A stretch of DNA of 64,000 nt from Macrostomum hystrix (GCA_950097015.1 CATNEN010000025.1:4340001-4404000); one strand, 5' to 3'. Counted from the stretch's first letter, positions 50,098 through 61,901 are shown. The notes: generated by a model from the sequence alone, not told the origin. Numbers and translations are program-made.

Positions 50098-50857
50098 GAT
50101 CATTCATAGGAAGCAGATACAAGGCTCTTCTTTTGATATAACTCACAAAATATGTTGCTTCGATGAATTTTATAAAGATTTATTCATGAATAATTGATCT
50201 TCATACTATTTTAGTTTCTGTATCATGCAGCAATTATAGTCTGAAGCTAACTAGTGACTAACTTGAATTCTAGAATCTTTGTTTAATCGAATACATAGAT
50301 ATTTATTAGCAATTAATTATTAGCAATATCATTAAAAATAGTTGGCTATGATTGTATGCCCAACTCACTGCTATATCATCGATGTCATCTTCTAGTGGTC
50401 CTTGGCTAGAACGCTCAGAGAATTTGAAAATATTTTACCTTGATTTTTCATCGATGTGCATGTTAAATTTATTCATGAAAATATTCTTTTCGATAAGTTA
50501 AAAGAATAACAGTGCTACGAGCTACATCTTATTGTCAGCATTTTTTAACATTCGCAAACATTATAATTTGTTTTAAGTCGTTTTGCGTAAAATCCGGTAG
50601 CGTCAATTCAAAGCGCATTTAAACGATTCGCTAAAGACCTTTCGCCTCGGGTCTCAGTTTTAATTGATAAGAGAGCCGCTCTTGTCTGACTCTGTCATTG
50701 CTGACTTTGAGGACAGCAAGCGTTCGTCAAAGTTTTGGTAATTTCTAATTTCCTTCGCTTTGTTCACATGGTACGGATCAATCTACTGCATAACAATTAG
50801 CCATAAAGTTTTCCTACAAAATCTAGCAGTGGACTTTTGTTGCGGTCAGCAGAAACA

Positions 50858-50954
50858 ATGGCTGGCCTACGACTGATCTGCCTGATTGTGTTCGCGTGGG
50901 TGGCAGCCACTGCTCAGGCTGCTGACGTCGCATCCGCCGATGGCTTCACGTTCG
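50858..50954 (+). CDS. Modular secreted protein, right copy, exon 1 (signal peptide)
   Basis: MAGLRLICLIVFAWVAATAQAADVASADGFTF plus G|gtgagt. Confidence 0.85.
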
Positions 50955-51149
50955 GTGAGTACTGTTTTCGTGGACACAAATCGTTGCTCCACTGCTGGGT
51001 TAGCCCATAGGGACTGATGACGTTGAGATGTATACATGCAGCTCGAAGTCAAATTAATAACTGCTTGCACCTGCCCCTATCGGGCCAGATGTGCAGCCGA
51101 CAGCACAGCCGCAGCTATTGCGCGGCGCATCTGAAGGCTGCGTACGGCT

Positions 51150-51345
51150 GTTCAGTCCATGGACTGGGGGACACCACACCACCCTCAATTACCCCAGCTG
51201 ATGCTGGTTACCCATTTAACAGCTGCGTGAACTGAATCAATGCAAAGTAAAGTGTCTTGCTGAATGGCACAAACTGCTCCACTGGAATCAAGAGTCGAAC
51301 CTCCGATCCCTCAAGTCATTAGTCCGCATGGCTACACCCCTTCGT
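51150..51345 (-). mobile_element. tRNA-derived SINE, family B, in intron 1 of the right copy
   Basis: Reverse strand: tRNA-like head, then agcaagacactttac...cagctgttaaatgggtaaccagcatc body, ending ccccagtccatggactgaacag. Confidence 0.65.
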
Positions 51346-52452
51346 TGTGCGTTAATTTCGATATACTGATAGCGTTAATTTAGCATTAGTATTGGCAATC
51401 TATAAACATAATCTAGTTTGAAGACTAGAGAAAAGCTGCAAAAATGTAATCAAAGGAGGTCAATTAGTCTCGCCAACGTCTAGCACTACAGTTAATCAAT
51501 AACTGATAAAAACCGTTTTTTAACACTTATCGCTTCTGGGTGACGATAAAGGTTAGGATTAGAAAAATGCAAGCGAATGACCAGAGAGGTTTCTAAGAAT
51601 GAAACGGCCACACAATAAATTCCTATACTTTAACTAGTTAAAGCAGAATAACAAAATGCCGTCAGTCGTCTTATCGTCAGTATTGATTTCCAGCATTAGA
51701 GACTAGTAATCGATAAGACGCTCCTAAAACGCAATTTAATCTGTGGGTTTTCACTCCACGTTTTGGCGCCCAAAAATTCTTGACGCAAGGTGCGTTGCCA
51801 TGGTTGCAAAAATGTTTTGCTCGTCTTGCTACTCAGCTTATCTATTCTCTCACCCAGAGTGAGAAGTTAGCGGCCTTCAATTGCTTAACTGAAATTTTCG
51901 TGACACAAAATCTGCTTTAGCAACCAGAATTTATTGGCCTCTTAGAAAAGTCAGTAAAATGCGAATAAAAGATTATTTGAACTGACAGACAAGGTCTATT
52001 AGCAAAAATGTGATAGAAATTTACCTTGGCGGCACTCTCGCTTTGATAAGATTAGTTCTACAGTAGTTAAATCCACATACATAGTTCAGTTTCGCTCCAT
52101 AATGTGGATGGTTAAATTTAAGCAGAAATGGTTAATTGATTTAGGCAGAAATGACTCCTCAACAAGTGTGTCTCAATGTACAGCCAAGAGACGCAGCGGC
52201 ATCTATTGTCTATGGGCTAGGGTGGGGAGGCGCGACACCCACTGAAATTTTTACTTCCCATTTTACAGCTGAATAATCTGAAGTAGTCGAGAATGAATCG
52301 TCCTTTAGTTAAGCGTCGGAGAGTTCAGCGACTTTCAACACTGAAGTGGGTTCTATGGCAAAAATGATATCATCAATTTCTAATCACACCAGGGAGCTAG
52401 ATTTATTTTTCGCTGAATGACATCTCAATCGAACCTTGCACCAACCATGCAG

Positions 52453-53076
52453 AGGACGACAAGACGCTACTCTTCACCATCCGTAGCAACATCGGCGAGG
52501 ACCCGCAGAAGGCGTTCATCACCAGGGGCAACGGAAACCGACCGGCCCCGTCGCCGAATGAGCCGCTACCGGCGGTGTACCGGTCCGACCTTCTCGACGA
52601 CTTGGCTGGCGCCGTTCGTCGACTTGGCAAAAAAAACATTGTGGCCGAGATGCGCGTCGATAGAGCCGCCGTGATGCGCGTCGTTTTCGACATCGGCGAC
52701 TACACGGACACTGTCGATCAGTTTAACTGGTTCTCGCCGTCTCGCCTAGTTGGCGCCTGGCCCTATAAGCTCGAAGACGCGGCAAAGTTTTTCAAATTCT
52801 CCGTCAAAGGCGACGTGAGTTTATCGCGCAGCTTTTTAATCGCAATCAGCAACGAGGGCTGCGAACGCGACCGCGGCTTCTGGTTCCTGTCCGGCGCTAG
52901 GGACCCCTGCGGCTGGGGCCATAAAGCCTGGAAGGGCCTGGCTCCAGTGCTTGTCTACAACCGATTCAAGGACCGCACCATGCAGCAGGGCGCCGCGTTT
53001 GCGGACCAGTTCCTCGTGTACCTCACAGACACAGTGGACGAGTTTCGAGCCGAGTTCAGGACGCCCTTTTTCCATG
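52453..53076 (+). CDS. Modular secreted protein, right copy, module 1
   Basis: 624-nt phase 1-1 exon. Confidence 0.82.
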
Positions 53077-53207
53077 GTGCCATTTTCATTACTGGTTACC
53101 TTTTAAGTTACCACTTTCGAGTACAGATCGCATATGAAATATCAGCCTTAAAATATTCATTTTACATAATGCATTTCGAAGTCACGCATTGAATCATTCC
53201 ATTGCAG

Positions 53208-53819
53208 CCGAAAGAAAGCAGCTTCTGTACACGATCAAGGCCAACATCCACAAGAGCGTTCTTGAGACTTTCACCGAGCAGCAGAACTATAGATCTCCAA
53301 TCGATGACAAGCTGCCAGTGCTTTACCGATCGGACCTGCTGGACGATCTGCCGCGGACTGTAAAGGACTCGGGCATGACGCAGATGGTGGTGGAGCTGGT
53401 CAAAGCTGATTCTGTGGTGGCACAAGTGGTCTTCAATGTGAGCAAGAACACGGACAGTCTAAACATTGAGAACTGGTTCTCAACCGACCGCCTGGAGTCC
53501 TCATACCCCTACCTAATAGACAAGAGCAAGTTTAACTTCTTCTCGCTAGAAGGGGACAAGACGGTGCAGCGTCGCTTCTACATCAGTTACAACTACGGAG
53601 GCTGCGAGAACGATGCGGGCTTCATCGCCATCTCTGACTCTCACGACACCTGCGACTGGGCTAGGCGCTACTGGCGGGGCTCACCTCCGCTGCTGCTGTA
53701 CAACCGGCTTCAGAGCCGGCCCTTCCACCAGGGAGTAGATTCGGCCGACCGCATGCTGGTGTACCTCACGCACGAAGTAGAGGACAGGCGATGGGACTAC
53801 AAGCGGCCGTTTGTTGTCG
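53208..53819 (+). CDS. Modular secreted protein, right copy, module 2
   Basis: 612-nt phase 1-1 exon. Confidence 0.88.
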
Positions 53820-53890
53820 GTGCGTTATTAAAATCCTGTGTTTGCATTCAGAAACAATTGGAGATTTCTGCAACTTAAACTACATTTCAG

Positions 53891-54505
53891 ATGATGATAA
53901 GCAAATATTGTTCACGATCACGTCAAGAGTCGGAAAGGAGGCTCTAGACACGTTCAAGCACCAGCAAGACTACCCGATCCCAGATGATAGATCGCTGCCG
54001 CTCATCTACCGCTCGGATCTGCTGGACCAGCTGGCTAAGACCGTTGAGCGCTCGGGAAGGAAAAAGATGATCGCCGAAATGCGCAAAGACAATGATGTTG
54101 TCGCCCGACTAGTGTTTGACGTTTCAACCGACACAGACTCGCTAACCCTGACGAACTGGTTCTCTAGGGACAGACTGGAGTCAGCCTACCCATACCAGAT
54201 TTCTAAAAAGGTTCATCTCAACTACTTTAGCATCGACGGTGACAAATCGATGAGCAGAAACTTCGCAGTAACGGACACGGGAAAGGGCTGCGACAATGAC
54301 CTGGGATTCTGGCTCGTGTCTGACAAGAAAGATCAATGCAGCTGGGGCTCTGAGGGCTGGCTGGGCGCCGCTCCAGTGCTTCTCTACAATAGGTATCGCA
54401 CAACGACGTTCCGGAGTGGTGTGGACTACGCAGACCGTTTTACAATCTACCTCACCAATACTGTTGATGTCCTGCGAAAGGAGTTCAAGAAGCCGATTGA
54501 ATTCG
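53891..54505 (+). CDS. Modular secreted protein, right copy, module 3
   Basis: 615-nt phase 1-1 exon. Confidence 0.88.
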
Positions 54506-54609
54506 GTAAGTTCAAAAAATCCTATGCCACACATAATCTAACGCACAAAAACATATTCTGAGCGAAAGGTAAAAAATATTACGTAAAAACAAATCGAATC
54601 AAATTGCAG

Positions 54610-55221
54610 AGAGGGACAAGCAGCTGCTGTTCACTATTGTTCCGAACGTACACATGGAGGCCCATGACACCTTCGAGCACCAGCAGAACTTCAAGATGCC
54701 AGCTGATGGGTCTTTGCCTCCAGTCTACAGATCTGACTTGCTGGACGAACTACCATGGGCTGTGAAGCAGTCAGGAAAGAAGAACATTGTCGTAGAAATG
54801 CGCAAAGATAATCAGGTCGTGTCGCAAGTCGTGTTCGATGTGTCCACAGACACTGAAAAGCTCACTAAGGAGAACTGGTTTTCTAGACAAAGACTCGAGT
54901 CGACATATCCGTACTCAGTGGATCGGAGTGAGTTCAACTTCTTCTCCATTGACGGAGATGTCGGAGCGAAACGAAGGTTCTTCATCAGCCATCGGTATCC
55001 CGGATGTGAGAAAGACGCTGGCTTCATTGTGGTGGCTGATGCCAAAGACGGTTGCAACTGGATCAGTCGAGGCTGGCAAGGATCTGCTCCGATTCTGATT
55101 TACAACCGAGAGCAAGGTCGACCTTTCCATGAGACCGCTGGTTACGCTGACAGACTCATTATCTACCTGGCCAAGGAGATGCCCGATCTCAGAGAGGAGT
55201 TCAAGAGGCCGCTCATTGTTG
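54610..55221 (+). CDS. Modular secreted protein, right copy, module 4 (X-type, SHRYPGC cassette)
   Basis: 612-nt phase 1-1 exon. Confidence 0.88.
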
Positions 55222-55353
55222 GTAAGATTTAAAGTGAGACGTTTATTGCACCAGAACCATTACCAATTATGCTTTTAAATTGGCAAAAGCGAAGTAATTC
55301 CGTGTTAAATTGTACCTACATTCAACGTCAACAACAAAAATGATAATTTTCAG

Positions 55354-55970
55354 ACGGCAACAAGCAGGTGCTGTTCACGATCACTTCGAACATCCAGACC
55401 GAGGCGGTGCAGACATTCTACTCACCACAGAACTACAAAGCACCCGCTGACGGATCTCTGCCTCGTGTCTACAGATCGGACCTGCTCGATCAACTCGCTC
55501 TCACTGTGAAGAAGACAGGAAAGACAAAGATGGTCGGCGAGATGATTCAAGAACGACCAGGTGGTTGCACAGATGGTGTTCGATCTGTCCGACAACACCG
55601 ACGAGATCACCCTGAAGAACTGGTTCTCGCACTCTCGACTTGTGTCATCCTACCCGTTCCGCATCGAGGCAAAGCAGCGCTTTGACCATTTCACAATTGA
55701 CGGGGACCCGAATCAGAAGAGGGGCTTTTTCGTAGCGTTCTCTGGAGGCGGATGCGACAATGACCGTGGCTTCTGGATGATTTCCTGACAGACGCGATGC
55801 TTGCAGCTGGGCCAACGAGGGCTGGAAGGGCTCGGCTCCAGTTCTTATCTATAACAGGTACAGGACGACAACATTCAGAAGTGGAGTCGACTATGCCGAT
55901 CGGTTCCTGCTCTACCTGACAGATAATGTAAAGGACCTGCGCCCAGAGTTTAAGAAACCAATTATATTTG
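55354..55970 (+). CDS. Modular secreted protein, right copy, module 5 (E-type) with two +1 insertions as assembled
   Basis: 617 nt vs 615 expected; extra T at ~55546 and ~55786 relative to sister modules. Confidence 0.7.
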
Positions 55971-56121
55971 GTGAGCGAAAACAAAAAAACGTTTTTTTAA
56001 AACAATGAGCAGGAAACTAGCTCGTATGTTTAATAATACAAGTTTTCTAAGGTCACTTTTTACAGAAGTGACTTGTGAATTCAAGATAAGCTTAGTTTTT
56101 TGTATCTCCCTTGCTTTTCAG

Positions 56122-56733
56122 AAAAAGACAAGCAGCTGCTGTTCACCATTGTTCCGAACGTACACTTGGAAGCCCTGGAGACATTCGAGTATCAACAAAA
56201 CTTCAAGATGCCGGCTGACGGATCTCTGCCTGCAGTTTACAGATCCGATCTGGTGGACGAGCTGCCACGGGCTGTGAGGGAGTCAGGAACGAGAAAAATG
56301 GTCGTCGAGATGCGCAAAGACAATCAGGTTGTGTCGCAGGTCGTGTTTGATGTGTCCACAGACACTGAAAAACTCACTAAGGAGAACTGGTTTTCTAAAC
56401 AAAGACTTGAGTCAACATACCCGTACTCAGTTGATCGGAGTGAGTTCAACTTTTTCTCGCTCGATGGCGAGGTTGGTTCGAAGCGAAGGTTCTTCATCAA
56501 CAATCGGTACGGTGGATGCGAGAGAGAGACTGGCTTCATCATGGTGTCAGATGCTCACGGTCATTGCGACTGGGTCACTCGAGGGTGGCGAGGATCTGCT
56601 CCGACTCTGATTTACAGTCGAGAGCAAGGTCGATCTTTTCACGAGGCGGCGGGGTACGCCGACAGACTCATTATCTACCTGGCCAAGGATGTACCCGATC
56701 TCAGAGAGGAGTTCAAGAGGCCGCTCTTTGTGG
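56122..56733 (+). CDS. Modular secreted protein, right copy, module 6 (X-type)
   Basis: 612-nt phase 1-1 exon. Confidence 0.88.
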
Positions 56734-57374
56734 GTAAGCGCTGTGGAAGAGGATAGGGAATTTTTGGATGTGCAGGCTTGTAAAGTATTGACTTTGTTGC
56801 TGGGTCTATTATATATACGTTGCGGATGCTCAGTTCCGCTCCGCGTCCGGGATGCACCGAAAAATTGAGCAAGACGTTGAAAGACACTTGCCGTGACCCA
56901 GGTTGAGGATTAGCGGAGTCGAGAATAAGCTCAACGTACAGATTTCTCAGCCCCTGACTGTGAAGCTATTGCAAAGTCGGGTGTGAGGAAGCACACTGGT
57001 CTATCGACGTGTCACTTAAGCAGACGCAACCCGCCACCTGAACCGCCGTCGCGCTGGTCTTAAGGGCTTTAAGCGCCGCTTCAATAGCTTCGGCAACATT
57101 GTGAGCGACAGCAGGAGTGCAAACTTACCGTGGCTGGCTTCCGAATCAAGCTGACTACCGAAAGCATCGATTCCAGACGCTAAAAACCGTATCTTTAATC
57201 TATCAACTCTTTACAGAGATTTGATCTTATGAATGCCTGTCAAAAAACTCTAGTCAATTACGTCAAGCAGTGCCGGTTTATGCAGCATAAAGTATTTAAT
57301 CCTAAACGAGCTTTAATATCTTTGACCACGAGTGGAAGCATGAATTATAACAAAAAAACTTTATTTACTTTCAG

Positions 57375-57990
57375 ATGGCAACAAGCAGGTGCTGTTCACG
57401 ATCACTTCGAACATCCAGACCGAGGCGGTGCAGACGTACTCCTTCCAACAGAACTACAAAGCGCCCGCTGACGGATCTCTGCCTCGTGTCTACAGATCGG
57501 ACCTGCTCGATCAACTCGCTCTCACTGTGAAGAAGACAGGGAAAGACAAAGATGGTCGGCGAGATGATCAAGAACGACCAGGTGGTTGCACAGATGGTGT
57601 TCGATCTGTCCGACAACACCGACGAGATCACCCTGAAGAACTGGTTCTCGCACTCTCGACTTGTGTCATCCTACCCGTTCCGGATTGATCCGCAGCAGCG
57701 ATTCCACCAATTCAGCATTGATGGAGATGCCGCGAGGAAGCGGGGCTTCTTCGTGCTGTTCCCGGATAATGGCTGCGATAACGACCGGGGCTTTTGGATG
57801 ATCGCTGATAGGCGGGATGACTGCAGCTGGGCCAACGAGGGCTGGAAGGGCTCGGCTCCAGTTCTTATCTACAACAGGTACCGGACGACAACGTTCAGAA
57901 GTGGAGTCGACTATGCCGATCGGTTCCTGCTCTACCTGACGGACTCTGTTAAAGATCTTCGTTCAGAGTTTAAACAAAAAATAATGTTTG
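57375..57990 (+). CDS. Modular secreted protein, right copy, module 7 (E-type) with one +1 insertion as assembled
   Basis: 616 nt vs 615 expected; extra G in the G-run at ~57541. Confidence 0.7.
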
Positions 57991-58254
57991 GTAAGTTCTT
58001 TCCAGAAATTTTGTTTCGCGCAAAATGTAAATACGCTCGCAGCTTGTGTTGTGCTTTAAACTATTTTTTCTATTACTCGCACCCAAAAGAATTTATACTC
58101 TTAATTTTAGCCTAAATGTTTTATGAGCATCGCAACGCTTTATTAAAAGATGCTATTAAGATTTCTTTTAAGTCACGTCTTATTATATTTCTTATTTGAA
58201 TTTGATAAGGGAGAATACTTGCCAGTCGCTCGTAGCTTTCCGCTTGGTTTCCAG

Positions 58255-58866
58255 AAAAAGACAAGCAGCTGTTGTTCACCATTGTTCCGAACGTGCACAT
58301 GGAAGCGCTGGAGACACTCAAACATCAACAAAACTTCAAGATGCCGGCTGACGGATCTCTGCCTCCAGTCTACAGATCCGATCTGATGGACGAGCTGCCG
58401 CGGGCTGTGAGGGAGTCAGGAACGAGAAAAATGGTCGTCGAGATGCGCAATGACAATCAGGTCGTCTCACAGGTCGTGTTTGATGTGTCCACCGACACAG
58501 ACGAGCTGAGCAGTCTGAACTGGTTTTCCAAAGATAGACTCGAGTCTACGTATCCGTACTCAGTTGATCGGAGGGAGTTCAACTTTTTCTCTCTCGATGG
58601 CGAGGTCGGAGTGAAGCGAAGGTTCTTCATCAACAATCGGTACGGTGGATGCGAGAGAGAGACTGGCTTCATCATGGTGTCAGATGCTCACGGTCATTGC
58701 GATTGGGTCACTCGAGGGTGGCGAGGATCTGCTCCGACTCTGATTTACAGCAGCAGGCCGGGAAGACCGTTCCAGGAGACTGCTGGATACGCCGACAGAC
58801 TCATTATCTACCTGGCCAAGGAGGTGCCGGATCTTCGCTCCGACTTTCAGAATGAAGTATTTTTCG
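58255..58866 (+). CDS. Modular secreted protein, right copy, module 8 (X-type)
   Basis: 612-nt phase 1-1 exon. Confidence 0.88.
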
Positions 58867-59189
58867 GTGAGGACGCTTTTCCGTTTGTTGATTACCATGC
58901 TTATTTCTGACTTTGCCTTTGCAATTAGTATTATTCAAAGCAAAATACTTTAGTCAAAACTTAATGAAAGCCAAATGAACAGCAATTGGTGCTAATTGGG
59001 CTTTAAGTTCTGCTTCCCGACGTGAACATTCAAGAACACAGCATTTGTCAAACACTCATAAAGGCTATTTTAGTGTTTTAAGAAAGCTAACTGCCTGGAT
59101 TTCTAGCACTTTAATTCCGTGGAGACAGTTGTAACCTTAAAGAGCAAAATTAAACAAACATTTTTAATTCTTTCCCCAATTTTCCTTAG

Positions 59190-59801
59190 AGAAAGGAAAG
59201 CAGCTGCTGTTCACCATTGTTCCGAACGTACACATGGAAGCCCTGGAAACATACAAGCATCAGCAACACTTCAAAATGCCAGCCGATGGATCTCTGCCTC
59301 CAGTCTACAGATCCGATCTTTTGGACAAGCTGTCTCAGGCGGTAAAAAAATCTGCTACAAAAAACATTGTCGTAGAAATGCGCAAAGATAATCAGGTCGT
59401 GTCGCAAGTCGTGTTCGATGTGTCCACAGACACTGAAAAGCTCACTAAGGAGAACTGGTTTTCTAGACAAAGACTCGAGTCGACATATCCGTACTCAGTG
59501 GATCGGAGTGAGTTCAACTTCTTCTCCATTGACGGAGATGTCGGAGCGAAACGAAGGTTCTTCATCAGCCATCGGTATCCCGGATGTGAGAAAGACGCTG
59601 GCTTCATCGTGGTGGCTGATGCCAAAGACGGTTGCAACTGGATCAGTCGAGGCTGGCAAGGATCTGCTCCGATTCTGATTTACAACCGAGAGCAAGGCCG
59701 ACCTTTCCATGAGACCGCTGGTTACGCTGACAGACTCATTATCTACCTGGCCAAGGAGATGCCCGATCTCAGAGAGGAGTTCAAGAGGCCGCTCATTGTT
59801 G
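59190..59801 (+). CDS. Modular secreted protein, right copy, module 9 (X-type, SHRYPGC cassette)
   Basis: 612-nt phase 1-1 exon. Confidence 0.88.
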
Positions 59802-59934
59802 GTAAGATTTACAGCAACGCGTTTATTGCACCAGAACCATTACCAATTATGCTTTTAAATTGCCAAAAGCGAAGTAATTCCGTGTTTAAATTGTACCTAC
59901 ATTCAACGTCAACAACAAAAATGTTAATTTTCAG

Positions 59935-60549
59935 ACGGCAACAAGCAGGTGCTGTTCACGATCACTTCGAACATCCAGACCGAGGCGGTGCAGACATTCT
60001 ACTCACCACAGAACTACAAAGCACCCGCTGACGGATCTCTGCCTCGTGTCTACAGATCGGACCTGCTCGATCAACTCGCTCTCACTGTGAAGAAGACGGG
60101 AAAGACAAAGATGGTCGGCGAGATGATCAAGAACGACCAGGTGGTTGCACAGATGGTGTTCGATCTGTCCGACAACACCGACGAGATCACCCTGAAGAAC
60201 TGGTTCTCGCACTCTCGACTTGTGTCATCCTACCCGTTCCGGATTGATCCGCAGCAGCGATTCCACCAATTCAGCATTGATGGAGATGCCGAGAGGAAGC
60301 GGGGCTTCTTCGTGCTGTTCCCGGAAAATGGCTGCGATAACGACCGGGGCTTTTGGATGATCGCTGATAGGCGGGATGACTGCAGCTGGGCCAACGAGGG
60401 CTGGAAGGGCTCGGCTCCAGTTCTTATCTACAACAGGTACAGGACGACAACATTCAGAAGTGGGGTCGACTATGCCGATCGGTTCCTGCTTTACCTGACG
60501 GACTCGGTAAAGGATTTACGCGTGGAGTTTAATCAAAGGATTATTATCG
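59935..60549 (+). CDS. Modular secreted protein, right copy, module 10 (E-type), GC donor
   Basis: Exactly 615 nt if the donor is G|GCAAGT at 60550. Confidence 0.85.
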
Positions 60550-60631
60550 GCAAGTAACAAGTGTTTTTGTCATTTGTATTTTATTCAGTTTTAATGTTGT
60601 TTCTTTAAATTGTGCGTTTCTGACTTTTTAG

Positions 60632-61243
60632 AGCCTGGAAAGCAGCTGCTGTTCACCATTGTTCCGAACGTACACTTGGAAGCCCGGGAGACATTCGAGT
60701 ATCAACAAAACTTCAAGATGCCGGCTGACGGATCTCTGCCTCCAGTCTACAGGTCCGATCTGGTGGACGAGCTGCCACGGGCTGTGAAGGAGTCAGGAAT
60801 GAAAAAGATGATCTTGGAAATGCGTAAAGACGATCAGGTCGTGTCGCAAGTTGTATTTGATGTCTCCACCGACACTGACAAGCTAAACAAGGAGAACTGG
60901 TTCTCATTGCTCAGGCTTGAGTCTTCGTATCCGTACCCAATCAGCAGAAAGGAGTTTAATTACTTTTCTCTGGACGGTGAAGTGGGCCAAAAGCGAAGGT
61001 TCTTCATTAGCAACAATTACGGCGGCTGTGAGAGAGATGCGGGCTTTATCATGGTGTCGGACTATCAAGGCCATTGCGACTGGGTCACTCGAGGTTGGCG
61101 AGGCTCCGCTCCGACTCTTGTTTACAACCGAGAGCAAGGTCGGCCTTTCCATGAGAGTGCGGGATACGCTGATAGAATGCTCATCTATTTGTCTAACGAG
61201 TTTAATGATCCGCGTGCTGAGTTTAAGAAATTTATCGCTTTTG
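60632..61243 (+). CDS. Modular secreted protein, right copy, module 11 (X-type)
   Basis: 612-nt phase 1-1 exon. Confidence 0.88.
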
Positions 61244-61335
61244 GTGAGCTTTTTTACCCTGAGGAGTATTTTGTCTTGCTGGTCTCTTATTATGCACTGC
61301 ACAAACTTGAATTTCTACCTTTTGCAATATTGTAG

Positions 61336-61901
61336 AGGAGTACAAGCAGCTGTTGTTCACCATCGAAGCCAACATCGGGAGGGAGGCGTTGAACGTTTTT
61401 GCACACAGGCAAGACTTCAAGATGCCCACAGACGGCTCCTTGCCGCCAGTTTATCGGTCGGATCTCCTTGACCAGCTGGCACTGACTGTGAAGCAGTCGG
61501 GCAAGTCCAGAATGGTTGCTGAAATGCGTGAGGGGAACAGCGTCGTGTCGCAGGTGATTTTCAATGTTGCCAGAGACACAGACAAGCTGACGCGTGATAA
61601 CTGGTTCTCAAAGGAGAGACTCGAGTCCTCCTACCCCTTCTGGATCGGTAGAACAGAATTCAGCCAATTCTCGCTTGAGGGCGATGCGTCCAGGAAGAGG
61701 CACTTCTCCATTAGCAGCGCTGGCGGCGGCTGCGACAGTGAGCGCAGCTTCTTCGTCGTTTCGGACAAAGATGACGCCTGCCCATGGATCAGCGAGGGCT
61801 TCAAGGGCTCTGTGCCGGTACTAATCTACAACTATATCCAGGACGCGCCCAGCAGAGTGGGAAGTGGCTACGCTGACCGGCTAGTTGTCTATCTGATGTA
61901 G
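61336..61901 (+). CDS. Modular secreted protein, right copy, module 12 (terminal)
   Basis: tgtag|AG acceptor; ends VYLM*; no TM or GPI tail. Confidence 0.88.

Noticed and set aside
24375-61471. Recurrent antisense and alternative-frame ORFs over the modules (MMKPVSLSHPP..., MRERDWLHHG..., MREPVLQGDL...)
   Set aside because: They recur only because the underlying exons are duplicated; they are shadows of the real frame.
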